Assembly: GCA_036272955.1 (NCBI GenBank) | Contig: DATAXU010000026.1 | Span: forward strand, 1,419 to 65,418 | Direction of reading: 5' to 3' | DNA length: 64,000 nucleotides | Source of the DNA: Verrucomicrobiia bacterium | GTDB taxonomy: Bacteria; Verrucomicrobiota; Verrucomicrobiia; Limisphaerales; Palsa-1400 | Shown here: piece by piece, positions 1 to 7,465 of the stretch | How positions within the stretch are numbered: position 1 is the stretch's first letter | Layout of the letters: each line of letters opens with the position of its first letter | Notes under the pieces: model-generated | Database searches by the model: none | What the model was told of the DNA's origin: nothing | The model's input: the letters and a program-made list of their open reading frames with translations, nothing else | Translations under genes and position numbers: made by a program

Positions 1-78
1 TGAGGCCCTGCTGGACGCCGAAACCCGAACCCCGGCCCATGCCTGAACTGAAAATTGAACCTTTTTTAAATTAATCCT

Positions 79-354
79 ATGCCCATTAAAGTCCGTATTC
101 CCACTCCCTTGCGCAAACTCACCCACGACGAGGAAATCGTCCAGGTCAACGCCACCACCGTCGGCGGCGCCATCGCTGAATTGCAAACCCGCTATCCTGG
201 CATCAAGGAAAGGCTGACGGACGATGGCGGCAGTGTGCGCCGCTTCGTCAATATGTATGTCAACGAGGAGGACATTCGTTTCCTCCAAAACCAGGAGACG
301 GCGTTGAAGGACGGCGACGAAATCAGCATCATCCCGGCCATCGCCGGAGGCTAA
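79..354 (+). CDS. MoaD/ThiS-family ubiquitin-like sulfur-carrier protein
   Basis: ATG-initiated 91-aa ORF of beta-grasp carrier size. The C-terminus ...IIPAIAGG ends in the diglycine that is adenylated/thiocarboxylated in this family. It lies 15 nt upstream of a NIL-domain ORF. Confidence 0.8.
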   Translation: MPIKVRIPTPLRKLTHDEEIVQVNATTVGGAIAELQTRYPGIKERLTDDGGSVRRFVNMYVNEEDIRFLQNQETALKDGDEISIIPAIAGG

Positions 355-369
355 AGGAAAGACCCTGCT

Positions 370-651
370 ATGCCCGAAAAGAAATCCAGAAAGACCTCGG
401 CAACGGAGCCTGGCCGGATGCGTCTATGGTTGATGTATCCGCCCAAACTGATCACCAATCCCGTCATCTGGGAGTTGGCAAAGAAATTTCCCGTCGTCAC
501 CAACGTCCGCCAGGCCAGCGTCACCGACGAAATCGGCGTCGTTTGCCTGGAAATAAGCGGCCAGCGCCCCGATTTGAAGGCCGCGATCCGCTGGATGGAA
601 AAACAGGGGATCAAAGTCGAACCGGTGGAAATCGGAGTCATTGAGAGCTGA
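370..651 (+). CDS. NIL-domain protein (MetN C-terminal-like ferredoxin-fold domain, stand-alone)
   Basis: 93-aa ORF. The pattern MRLWLMYPP..NPVIWELAKKFPVVTNVRQASV...IGVVCLEISG....AAIRWMEKQGIKVEPVE fits the NIL domain consensus as I remember it. It is co-directional with and adjacent to the MoaD-like gene. Confidence 0.65.
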   Translation: MPEKKSRKTSATEPGRMRLWLMYPPKLITNPVIWELAKKFPVVTNVRQASVTDEIGVVCLEISGQRPDLKAAIRWMEKQGIKVEPVEIGVIES

Positions 652-661
652 CGCGTCAGCT
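646..661. repeat. Perfect 16-bp palindrome AGCTGACGCGTCAGCT spanning the stop codon of the NIL-domain gene
   Basis: Read directly: positions 646-661 are self-complementary, and the TGA stop is at 649-651. There is no following T-tract, so a terminator function is not supported. Confidence 0.6.
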
Positions 662-801
662 TTACTCCTACATACGTAAGGGTTTCCACTAGTTAAAATT
701 AAATGTTTTTTCTAATCCTCGCTTGACCGCAGCCTTGCAATGGGATAAAGCTTCTGTCAGATACAATCTGGGCTAATGCCCGTCAGAAGTCTGTAAAACC
801 T

Positions 802-1140
802 ATGACTAAACGTGATCTAGTAGTCCGCATCAGTGAAGAGACTGGATTGGTACAGCAGCAAGTGCTCGTTGTAGTCCAACGAACACTTGATCACATTTCC
901 GACGCTGTGGCGGGTGGCGCCACCGTGGAATTGCGTAATTTCGGCGTGTTCGAGGTCAAAGTTCGCAAAGCCCGCATCGGCCGCAATCCCAATCGCCCCG
1001 AAACCGACGTCCCCATCCCCCGCCGCGCAGTCGTCAAATTCAAGCCCGGCAAGGAAATGCGGGAAGCCGTGTTGAAGCTTTCTCCCTCTGCCATCGCCCC
1101 TGCCAAAAAGGTTGCCACGGACGGCACGGGCGAGGAATAG
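802..1140 (+). CDS. HU/IHF-family DNA-binding protein (integration host factor-like)
   Basis: 112 aa. It carries MTKRDLV..ISEETGL....V..VV...LD.I......G..VELRNFGVFEV+.R.AR.GRNP..P...V.IP.R.VVKFKPGKEM, the classic HU/IHF arm and beta-ribbon pattern including the conserved GRNP and Pro. Confidence 0.9.
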   Translation: MTKRDLVVRISEETGLVQQQVLVVVQRTLDHISDAVAGGATVELRNFGVFEVKVRKARIGRNPNRPETDVPIPRRAVVKFKPGKEMREAVLKLSPSAIAPAKKVATDGTGEE

Positions 1141-1338
1141 CGGGCGGTTGTCCGCGACCAAAAATTTCTTGACATTTTTGGGTTTTTTTGCGATTTTTAG
1201 CTTACGTTCGAGCATTTTGAATGGTTATATGCTTTAAATTCCGGCATAGTTGCTTCCCTGGCGGTGCTTTTTGTCGCTCGACATTTTTCCCGGCCCCTCT
1301 CAATTCCCCCCAATTGATCAGGTGCGCGGAGAATCATC

Positions 1339-2904
1339 ATGAAAACTCGGCTGCGTCTGTTACACCTCGAAGACAATCCTCTCGATGCTGAACTGATACT
1401 GTCCAGCTTGGAAAGGGACGGTTTTGAATGCGAGGTTATGGTCGTCCAAAGCCGGACGGCATTCGAGAAAGCTCTCGCCAGCGGCGGGTTCGATCTCGTT
1501 TTGTCCGATTTCGCGATCCCCGGCTACGACGGCCCCGCTGCGTTGGCGCATGTCCGAAGGAAAACGCCCGATCTCCCCTTTATTCTTGTCTCCGGCACCG
1601 TCGGTGAAGAGCGGGCCATCGAGGTCCTCAAGAGCGGAGCCAGCGACTACGTTTTGAAAACCCGCCTCGCGCGCCTGCCGACCGCCGTGCGCCGCGCCCT
1701 ACAGGACGCGCAGTTCCTATTCGAACGCAAGCGCGACGAGGAACGCATCCGCGATCAGGCGGCGCTGCTGGACAAGGCCCAGGACGCGATTTGCGTCCAA
1801 AGCCTCAACCAAATAATTCTTTACTGGAACAAAGGCGCCCACCGCCTTTACGGCTGGAGCGCGGAGGAGGCCGTCGGAGCTGATGCCAATCAACTGCTGT
1901 TTCCGGGCCAGGCCGAGCGCGCCGCCGAGCCGTTGCGCGAATTAATCCGCCGCGGCGAATGGCGGGGTGAATTCCACCAGGTCCGCAAAGACGGCGGGAA
2001 GATCGTCGTCGAAAGCCGGTGGACGTTGATGCGCGACGAAGAGTCCAATCCCAAATCGATTTTGGTCATCAACACAGACCTCACCGAAAAAAAGGATGCC
2101 GAGGCCAAATTCCTGCGGACCCAACGGATGGAAAGCATCGGCGCCCTTGCCGGCGGGATCGCGCATGATTTGAACAACACCCTCGCGCCTATCCTCATGG
2201 CCGCTGACATGTTGGAAATGGAAATTCAAAGCCCCAACGGCCGCGCCATGCTCCAAACCGTCAAAAATGGCGCCCAGCGCGGCACCAGCATGGTCAAACA
2301 GATTCTTTCCTTCGCCCGCGGAGTTTCGGGTGAGCATACGGAAATGAATCTGAAAAAACTCATCCTCGACATCGAATCCTTTATTCGCGGCACATTTCCC
2401 CCCGGCGTGCGCGTCGAAAAAAAGATCGCCCCCGGCTTGTTTACGATTCGCGGCGACGCCACGCAATTGCACCAGGTGCTGCTCAACCTGTGCGTCAACG
2501 CCCGCGATGCCATGGCCGACGGCGGCAGGATTTTGATCGAAGTGCAAAATGTGGAAGTCGATGAAACACTCCCGCGAAAACAGAAGAACGGCCCGCACGT
2601 TGTTCTTTCCGTCACCGATACCGGGCACGGGATGCCGGCGGAAGTTTTGAAAAATATTTTCGAGCCTTTCTTCACGACCAAGGAAGCCGGCAAGGGAACG
2701 GGCCTGGGACTGTCCACGGTTTTTGGAATCATCAAGACGCACGGGGGATTTGTCACAGTGTCAAGCGAAGTGGACAAGGGAACGACCTTTCGGGTATATC
2801 TGCCCGCGGTCTCCACCACGCTGGCGCCGCCGGCGCCGCAACAAAGCCGTGCGCCCGAGCCGAAAAAATCGGCGAACCTGGCCGTTGCCGCAACTTCCAC
2901 TTGA
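1339..2904 (+). CDS. Hybrid signal protein: N-terminal receiver + PAS + HisKA/HATPase histidine kinase
   Basis: The receiver carries LVLSDFAIPGYDG. A PAS-like segment follows (AICVQSLNQIILYWNKGAHRLYGWSAEEAVG). The H-box is GGIAHDLNNTL. The ATPase boxes are NLCVNARDAM, DTGHGM and GKGTGLGLSTVFG. Confidence 0.9.
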   Translation: MKTRLRLLHLEDNPLDAELILSSLERDGFECEVMVVQSRTAFEKALASGGFDLVLSDFAIPGYDGPAALAHVRRKTPDLPFILVSGTVGEERAIEVLKSGASDYVLKTRLARLPTAVRRALQDAQFLFERKRDEERIRDQAALLDKAQDAICVQSLNQIILYWNKGAHRLYGWSAEEAVGADANQLLFPGQAERAAEPLRELIRRGEWRGEFHQVRKDGGKIVVESRWTLMRDEESNPKSILVINTDLTEKKDAEAKFLRTQRMESIGALAGGIAHDLNNTLAPILMAADMLEMEIQSPNGRAMLQTVKNGAQRGTSMVKQILSFARGVSGEHTEMNLKKLILDIESFIRGTFPPGVRVEKKIAPGLFTIRGDATQLHQVLLNLCVNARDAMADGGRILIEVQNVEVDETLPRKQKNGPHVVLSVTDTGHGMPAEVLKNIFEPFFTTKEAGKGTGLGLSTVFGIIKTHGGFVTVSSEVDKGTTFRVYLPAVSTTLAPPAPQQSRAPEPKKSANLAVAATST

Positions 2905-2922
2905 CTTTGCGCCAGATGTGCT

Positions 2923-4440
2923 ATGGTTGGCGCGTCGATGAGTGGCGCTTGGCGTTTGTCGCGCGTGACCTATGGCTTTCTTGGACTGTTTCTCTTGCTT
3001 GCAAGCAGGCCGCTCCCCGTTTTTTCCGCCGACCGCCTCTCTGAAATCAAATCCGCCGGTGTTCTCCGTTGGGGGGCTGACGCGGAGGGAGGCGCGCCTT
3101 ACATTTATCCGGACCCGCAAAAGCCGGAGCAAATGACCGGCTTCGAGTTCGAGCTGGCCAACGCGCTCGCCGCGAAGCTGGGCGTTCGCGCGCAAATGGT
3201 CCAGAACCAATGGGACCAGCTCATTCCCGCCCTTCAACGCGGAAATTTCGACATCGTCCTCAACGGCCTCGAAATCACCCCCGAAAATCAGCAGCGCATT
3301 GCCATGTCGCTGCCCTATTACGTCTATGCGCAGCAAATCGTCACCCGCGCGGAAACCACCGGTTTGGAAAAGCTGGAGGAGTTAAAAGGACAGCGTGTTG
3401 GCGTGCTGTCCTCCACGGTGGCGCAACGCCTGGTGACGGGCTTGGGCGGCGTTGATGTGAGAATTTATCCCGGCAACGTTGAAAGTTTTCGCGATCTCAA
3501 GGCGGGACGCATCGACGCCGTCGTGCTGGACCTGCCCATTGCAATTTATTACGCGCGGCCCGACCCCGGCTTGAAATTCTCCGGCGCGCCGTTCGCGCCC
3601 GGCTATTATGGAATCGGCGTCCTCAAGGAAGACACGACGCTGCTGGCCGCGCTCAATACAGCCATTGAGCAACTAGCCGCCGACGGCACCTTGGAGCGCA
3701 TTTACCGGAAATACGATGTGTGGGACGACCGTCAAAAAAATTTGAAGGATTATAAACCGCAAAAAGTCTCCGCGCGGGCGACGGTATCCACACTGCGGGA
3801 TTGGCCAAAATACCTGCCCTTGTTGTTGCGCGGCGCGCTGGTGACGGCCGAAATCTCCGTGCTCGCGATGGCGCTCGCGGTCGTCGCGGGATTGGTGGTC
3901 GTGCTGGCGCGGCTGTATGGTATCGCGCCGGTGCGATGGCTGGCGCGGGCGTATGTCGAAGTCATGCGCGGAACGCCGCTGCTGATCCAACTTTTTCTGA
4001 TTTACTATGGCCTTCCGCAAATCGGCATCCGGCTCAACGCATTTCTCGCCGCTATCCTTGGCCTCGGCCTGAATTACGCCGCAAACGAAGCCGAAAATTA
4101 CCGCGCCGGAATCCTCGCCGTCCCTCGCGGCCAAAGCGAGGCCTCCCTGGCGCTTGGGATGACCCGCTGGCAATGTTTGTGCCGCATCATCCTCCCGCAG
4201 GCGGCGCGAATGGTCATCCCGCCCGTGACGAACGATTTCATCGCGATGTTCAAGGATTCCTCCATCGTCTCGGTCATCACCATGGTGGAATTAACCAAAG
4301 TGTATGGAATGCTCGCGATGGCCACTTATGATTACATTGGCCTTGGACTGATGACCGCGGGCATTTATTTTGCGTTGAGTTATCCGTTGTCGATTTTTGC
4401 AAATCATCTCGAAAAAAAGTTGTGCCATGATCGCCGTTGA
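2923..4440 (+). CDS. Fused amino-acid ABC transporter substrate-binding protein / permease
   Basis: 505 aa. It has a signal/anchor, then a family-3 solute-binding region ([15 protein letters not shown]...[15 protein letters not shown]), then a polar-amino-acid permease half with the EAA-type loop ([42 protein letters not shown]). Confidence 0.85.
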   Translation: MVGASMSGAWRLSRVTYGFLGLFLLLASRPLPVFSADRLSEIKSAGVLRWGADAEGGAPYIYPDPQKPEQMTGFEFELANALAAKLGVRAQMVQNQWDQLIPALQRGNFDIVLNGLEITPENQQRIAMSLPYYVYAQQIVTRAETTGLEKLEELKGQRVGVLSSTVAQRLVTGLGGVDVRIYPGNVESFRDLKAGRIDAVVLDLPIAIYYARPDPGLKFSGAPFAPGYYGIGVLKEDTTLLAALNTAIEQLAADGTLERIYRKYDVWDDRQKNLKDYKPQKVSARATVSTLRDWPKYLPLLLRGALVTAEISVLAMALAVVAGLVVVLARLYGIAPVRWLARAYVEVMRGTPLLIQLFLIYYGLPQIGIRLNAFLAAILGLGLNYAANEAENYRAGILAVPRGQSEASLALGMTRWQCLCRIILPQAARMVIPPVTNDFIAMFKDSSIVSVITMVELTKVYGMLAMATYDYIGLGLMTAGIYFALSYPLSIFANHLEKKLCHDRR

Positions 4441-5179
4441 ACGCCTCGTCAAATCCTACAAGTCCAATTGCGTGCTCCACGGCGTGGACCACACCCAGCA
4501 GCGCGGCGAAGCCGTCGTTCTCATCGGCCCCAGCGGTTGCGGAAAAAGCACATTCCTGCGCTGCCTAAACCAATTGGAAATCGCCGATTCCGGCCGCATC
4601 ACCATTGGCGGCGTCACGGTGGAAGGCGGATGCCCCCCGCGCACGCGCGCGGAACACGACCGCCAGCGCCAGTTGCGATTGCAGGCCGGGATGGTTTTTC
4701 AGTCGTTTAATTTGTTTCCGCACCTGACCGTGTTGCGCAACATCGCCGAAGCGCCCATCGTGGTGAAAGGAGTCGCGCCGGACGAAGCGATGGCCTTTGC
4801 GCGGGAGTTGCTCGCGAAAGTCGGCCTCGAAAACAAAACTGCCGCCTATCCATCCGAGCTTTCCGGCGGCCAGCAGCAACGGGTGGCCATCGCCCGCGCC
4901 CTGGCGATGCGCCCGCAGGTGATGCTTTTTGACGAACCCACGAGCGCGCTGGACCCGGAATTGCGCGACGAAGTTTTGCGCGTCATGCGCCAGCTTGTTG
5001 AGGAGGGAATGACGATGATCGTCGTGACCCACGAAATGCAATTTGCGCGCGACATGGCGGATTACGTCATTTTTTTCGACGGCGGCCGCGTGGCGGAAAT
5101 CGGCCCGCCGGAGCAGATTTTCTCCGACGCGAAGCAGGAGCGCACCCGCGAATTTCTGAAACGATGCACGACTCGGTGA
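4427..5179 (+). CDS. Polar amino-acid ABC transporter ATP-binding protein
   Basis: Walker A is GPSGCGKST, the signature is [15 protein letters not shown] and Walker B is [12 protein letters not shown] chose the ATG at 4427 ([11 protein letters not shown]...) over the track start 4397; it overlaps the permease stop by 14 nt. Confidence 0.9.
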   Translation: MIAVERLVKSYKSNCVLHGVDHTQQRGEAVVLIGPSGCGKSTFLRCLNQLEIADSGRITIGGVTVEGGCPPRTRAEHDRQRQLRLQAGMVFQSFNLFPHLTVLRNIAEAPIVVKGVAPDEAMAFARELLAKVGLENKTAAYPSELSGGQQQRVAIARALAMRPQVMLFDEPTSALDPELRDEVLRVMRQLVEEGMTMIVVTHEMQFARDMADYVIFFDGGRVAEIGPPEQIFSDAKQERTREFLKRCTTR

Positions 5180-5325
5180 TGGCAGTCGCAACCGTAATGA
5201 AAAACCCTCACGGCGCCTTGACAAATACCCCTTTCCTTTGAAAGCATAAACGGAAGCCGCGACCTTGATTGGCTCCCGAAACGGGAATTGACCGGCAGCG
5301 GGATGCAACCGCAACCTTAACCATC

Positions 5326-6381
5326 ATGAAGAAATTATTAGTGACTGGCAGCAGTGGCTTGATCGGATCCGCGGTGGCCGAATCGTTTCATTCCCGCGGC
5401 TGGGAGATTTTTGGGGCCGACAACAATATGCGCGCGGATTTCTTTGGTCCCGAGGGCGACACTCTTTGGAACCTCAAACGGCTCTCGCGTGAGTTAAAGC
5501 ATTTTACCCACAACGACCTCGACATCCGCAATCGGGAACGTGTGTTGGCCCTGGTGGCGCAAATCAAACCGGACGCCATCGTCCACTGTGCGGCGCAACC
5601 GAGCCACGATCTTGCTGCCAAAAGACCATTCGAGGATTTTGACGTCAATGCCGTCGGAACGCTGAATCTGCTGGAGTCCGCGCGGCGGGTCAGCACCGGG
5701 ATTGTTTTCGTTCACATGTCCACCAATAAGGTTTACGGGGATGCGCCCAATCGGATCGCTCTCAACGAACTGCCCACGCGCTGGGATTATGCCGACGCCG
5801 CTTTTCAAAATGGAATCGCCGAGACGATGACGATCGACCAGTCCAAGCATTCCCTCTTCGGCGCGAGCAAGGTGGCGTCGGACATTCTTGTGCAGGAATA
5901 CGGTCGCTATTTTGGGATGCCGACTTGCTGTTTGCGCTGCGGATGTTTGACAGGCCCCCAGCATAGCGGCGTCGAACTCCACGGTTTTCTCAGCTATCTC
6001 GTAAAGTGCAATCTCGAAGGCCGGATGTACAATATTTTCGGCTACAAGGGAAAACAGGTGCGGGACAATATCCACGCGGCCGACGTGGCTGAATTCATCC
6101 GGCGGTTTATCGAGGCTCCCCGCGTTGCTGAAGTCTATAATCTTGGGGGCGGCCGCGCCAATAGTTGTTCGCTGCTCGAAGCGTTCGCGCAGGCCGAAGC
6201 CATTTCCGGCAAAGCGCAAAAAACCACCTACGTCGATAAAGCGCGCGAGGGCGACCATATCTGTTACATTTCGGATTTGTCAAAATTACAGGCGCATTTC
6301 CCCGGCTACATTTTATCGCGGTCTCTGGCGGATATTTTCAGGGAATGCGTCGATGCGTGGCGAAACCGTTTGGCTGCCTGA
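5326..6381 (+). CDS. Extended SDR NAD-dependent epimerase/dehydratase, CDP-tyvelose/paratose 2-epimerase-like
   Basis: Starts at [15 protein letters not shown] (Rossmann GxxGxxG). STNKVYGD and [13 protein letters not shown] resemble tyvelose-epimerase-type SDRs. The expected YxxxK reads FGASK (see findings). Confidence 0.8.
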   Translation: MKKLLVTGSSGLIGSAVAESFHSRGWEIFGADNNMRADFFGPEGDTLWNLKRLSRELKHFTHNDLDIRNRERVLALVAQIKPDAIVHCAAQPSHDLAAKRPFEDFDVNAVGTLNLLESARRVSTGIVFVHMSTNKVYGDAPNRIALNELPTRWDYADAAFQNGIAETMTIDQSKHSLFGASKVASDILVQEYGRYFGMPTCCLRCGCLTGPQHSGVELHGFLSYLVKCNLEGRMYNIFGYKGKQVRDNIHAADVAEFIRRFIEAPRVAEVYNLGGGRANSCSLLEAFAQAEAISGKAQKTTYVDKAREGDHICYISDLSKLQAHFPGYILSRSLADIFRECVDAWRNRLAA

Positions 6382-6399
6382 ACAGGCGAAGACCGCTGG

Positions 6400-7437
6400 A
6401 TGAATTACGGCTTCTGGAATTTCTACAAGGTTTATAATCAAAACCGGATGCTGACCCGCAATGTGACGCCGCTGGGCGACGACCTCTCGTACCCGATGCG
6501 GCGCCTCAGCGAGACGTTGCTGGCGATGGGCCACCAAACCGCGACGCTGGACATGCAGCCGCTGGAGTGGTTCGACCGCGTTTTCTTTCTTGACTACCCG
6601 ATGCGGTTTAACCGCTTTTACCGCGGCTTTCTGGCGAACAAGCACCCGGACATCAATCTGATCATCTGCGAGCCTCCCATCGTCCGCCCCGACAATTACG
6701 ATAAGCGAAATCACCAGCCGTTCCGCCGGGTGATGACTTGGAAACACGACCTTGCCGCAATCGACCCCGCGAAATACCTTCTCTACCGCCTGCCAAATAA
6801 GTTTCAGGATCGAACGGCCTCACGCCCTTTTGCCGAACGAAAACTCTGCTGTCTCATCAACAGCTTCATGTTTTCCATCCATCCTCGGGAACTCTACACG
6901 GAGCGGATTCGCGCCATTCGCTGGTTCGAGACAAATGCGCCTGCGTCTTTTGATCTGATTGGGGTGGAATGGGACAAGCCTCTTTTCATCGGGCAGTTAT
7001 CAAGGCTGAACTTTCCGCTTCGCTTTTTTTACCGCCGAATCGGATTTCTGAAAAAGCTCAAAATCCGCAAGTTCTCCTCCTTCATCGGCCCGAACACAAA
7101 GTCCAAGCATCTGACTTTGAAAGATTACCGGTTTTGCGTCGCCTACGAAAATTCCCGCGAGCCGGATTATCTCTCCGAAAAGCTATTCGATTGCTTTTTT
7201 GCCGGTTGTGTTCCAATCTATGAAGGCGCCCCGAATGTGCTTGACACAATTCCGGCGAACACATTTATTGACAAGCGCAAATACACCTACGACGAGTTGT
7301 ATCGTTACATTTCGACGATGACGGAACGCGAGTACAATGGGTATTTGGACGCCATCGAGTCATTTCTGCAAGGCCCGGCGATGCGCCCATTTACGGCGGA
7401 GGCGTACACTGAATTGTTCGTCAAGAACTTCGCGTGA
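6400..7437 (+). CDS. Glycosyltransferase family 10-like (alpha-1,3-fucosyltransferase-like)
   Basis: The C-terminal motif YRFCVAYENSREPDYLSEKLFDCFFAGCVPIYEGAPNV matches the GT10 signature (...FENS...YxTEK...G.VPIY.G). It starts 19 nt after the epimerase gene. Confidence 0.65.
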   Translation: MNYGFWNFYKVYNQNRMLTRNVTPLGDDLSYPMRRLSETLLAMGHQTATLDMQPLEWFDRVFFLDYPMRFNRFYRGFLANKHPDINLIICEPPIVRPDNYDKRNHQPFRRVMTWKHDLAAIDPAKYLLYRLPNKFQDRTASRPFAERKLCCLINSFMFSIHPRELYTERIRAIRWFETNAPASFDLIGVEWDKPLFIGQLSRLNFPLRFFYRRIGFLKKLKIRKFSSFIGPNTKSKHLTLKDYRFCVAYENSREPDYLSEKLFDCFFAGCVPIYEGAPNVLDTIPANTFIDKRKYTYDELYRYISTMTEREYNGYLDAIESFLQGPAMRPFTAEAYTELFVKNFA

Positions 7438-7465
7438 AACGGCCTAAAAAGACGGTTGGTTTTGA

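Noticed and set aside
1-78. 3' end of an upstream gene at the window start
   Set aside because: Two frames remain open to different stops (44-46 and about 72-74), and there is too little sequence to choose a frame or assign a product.
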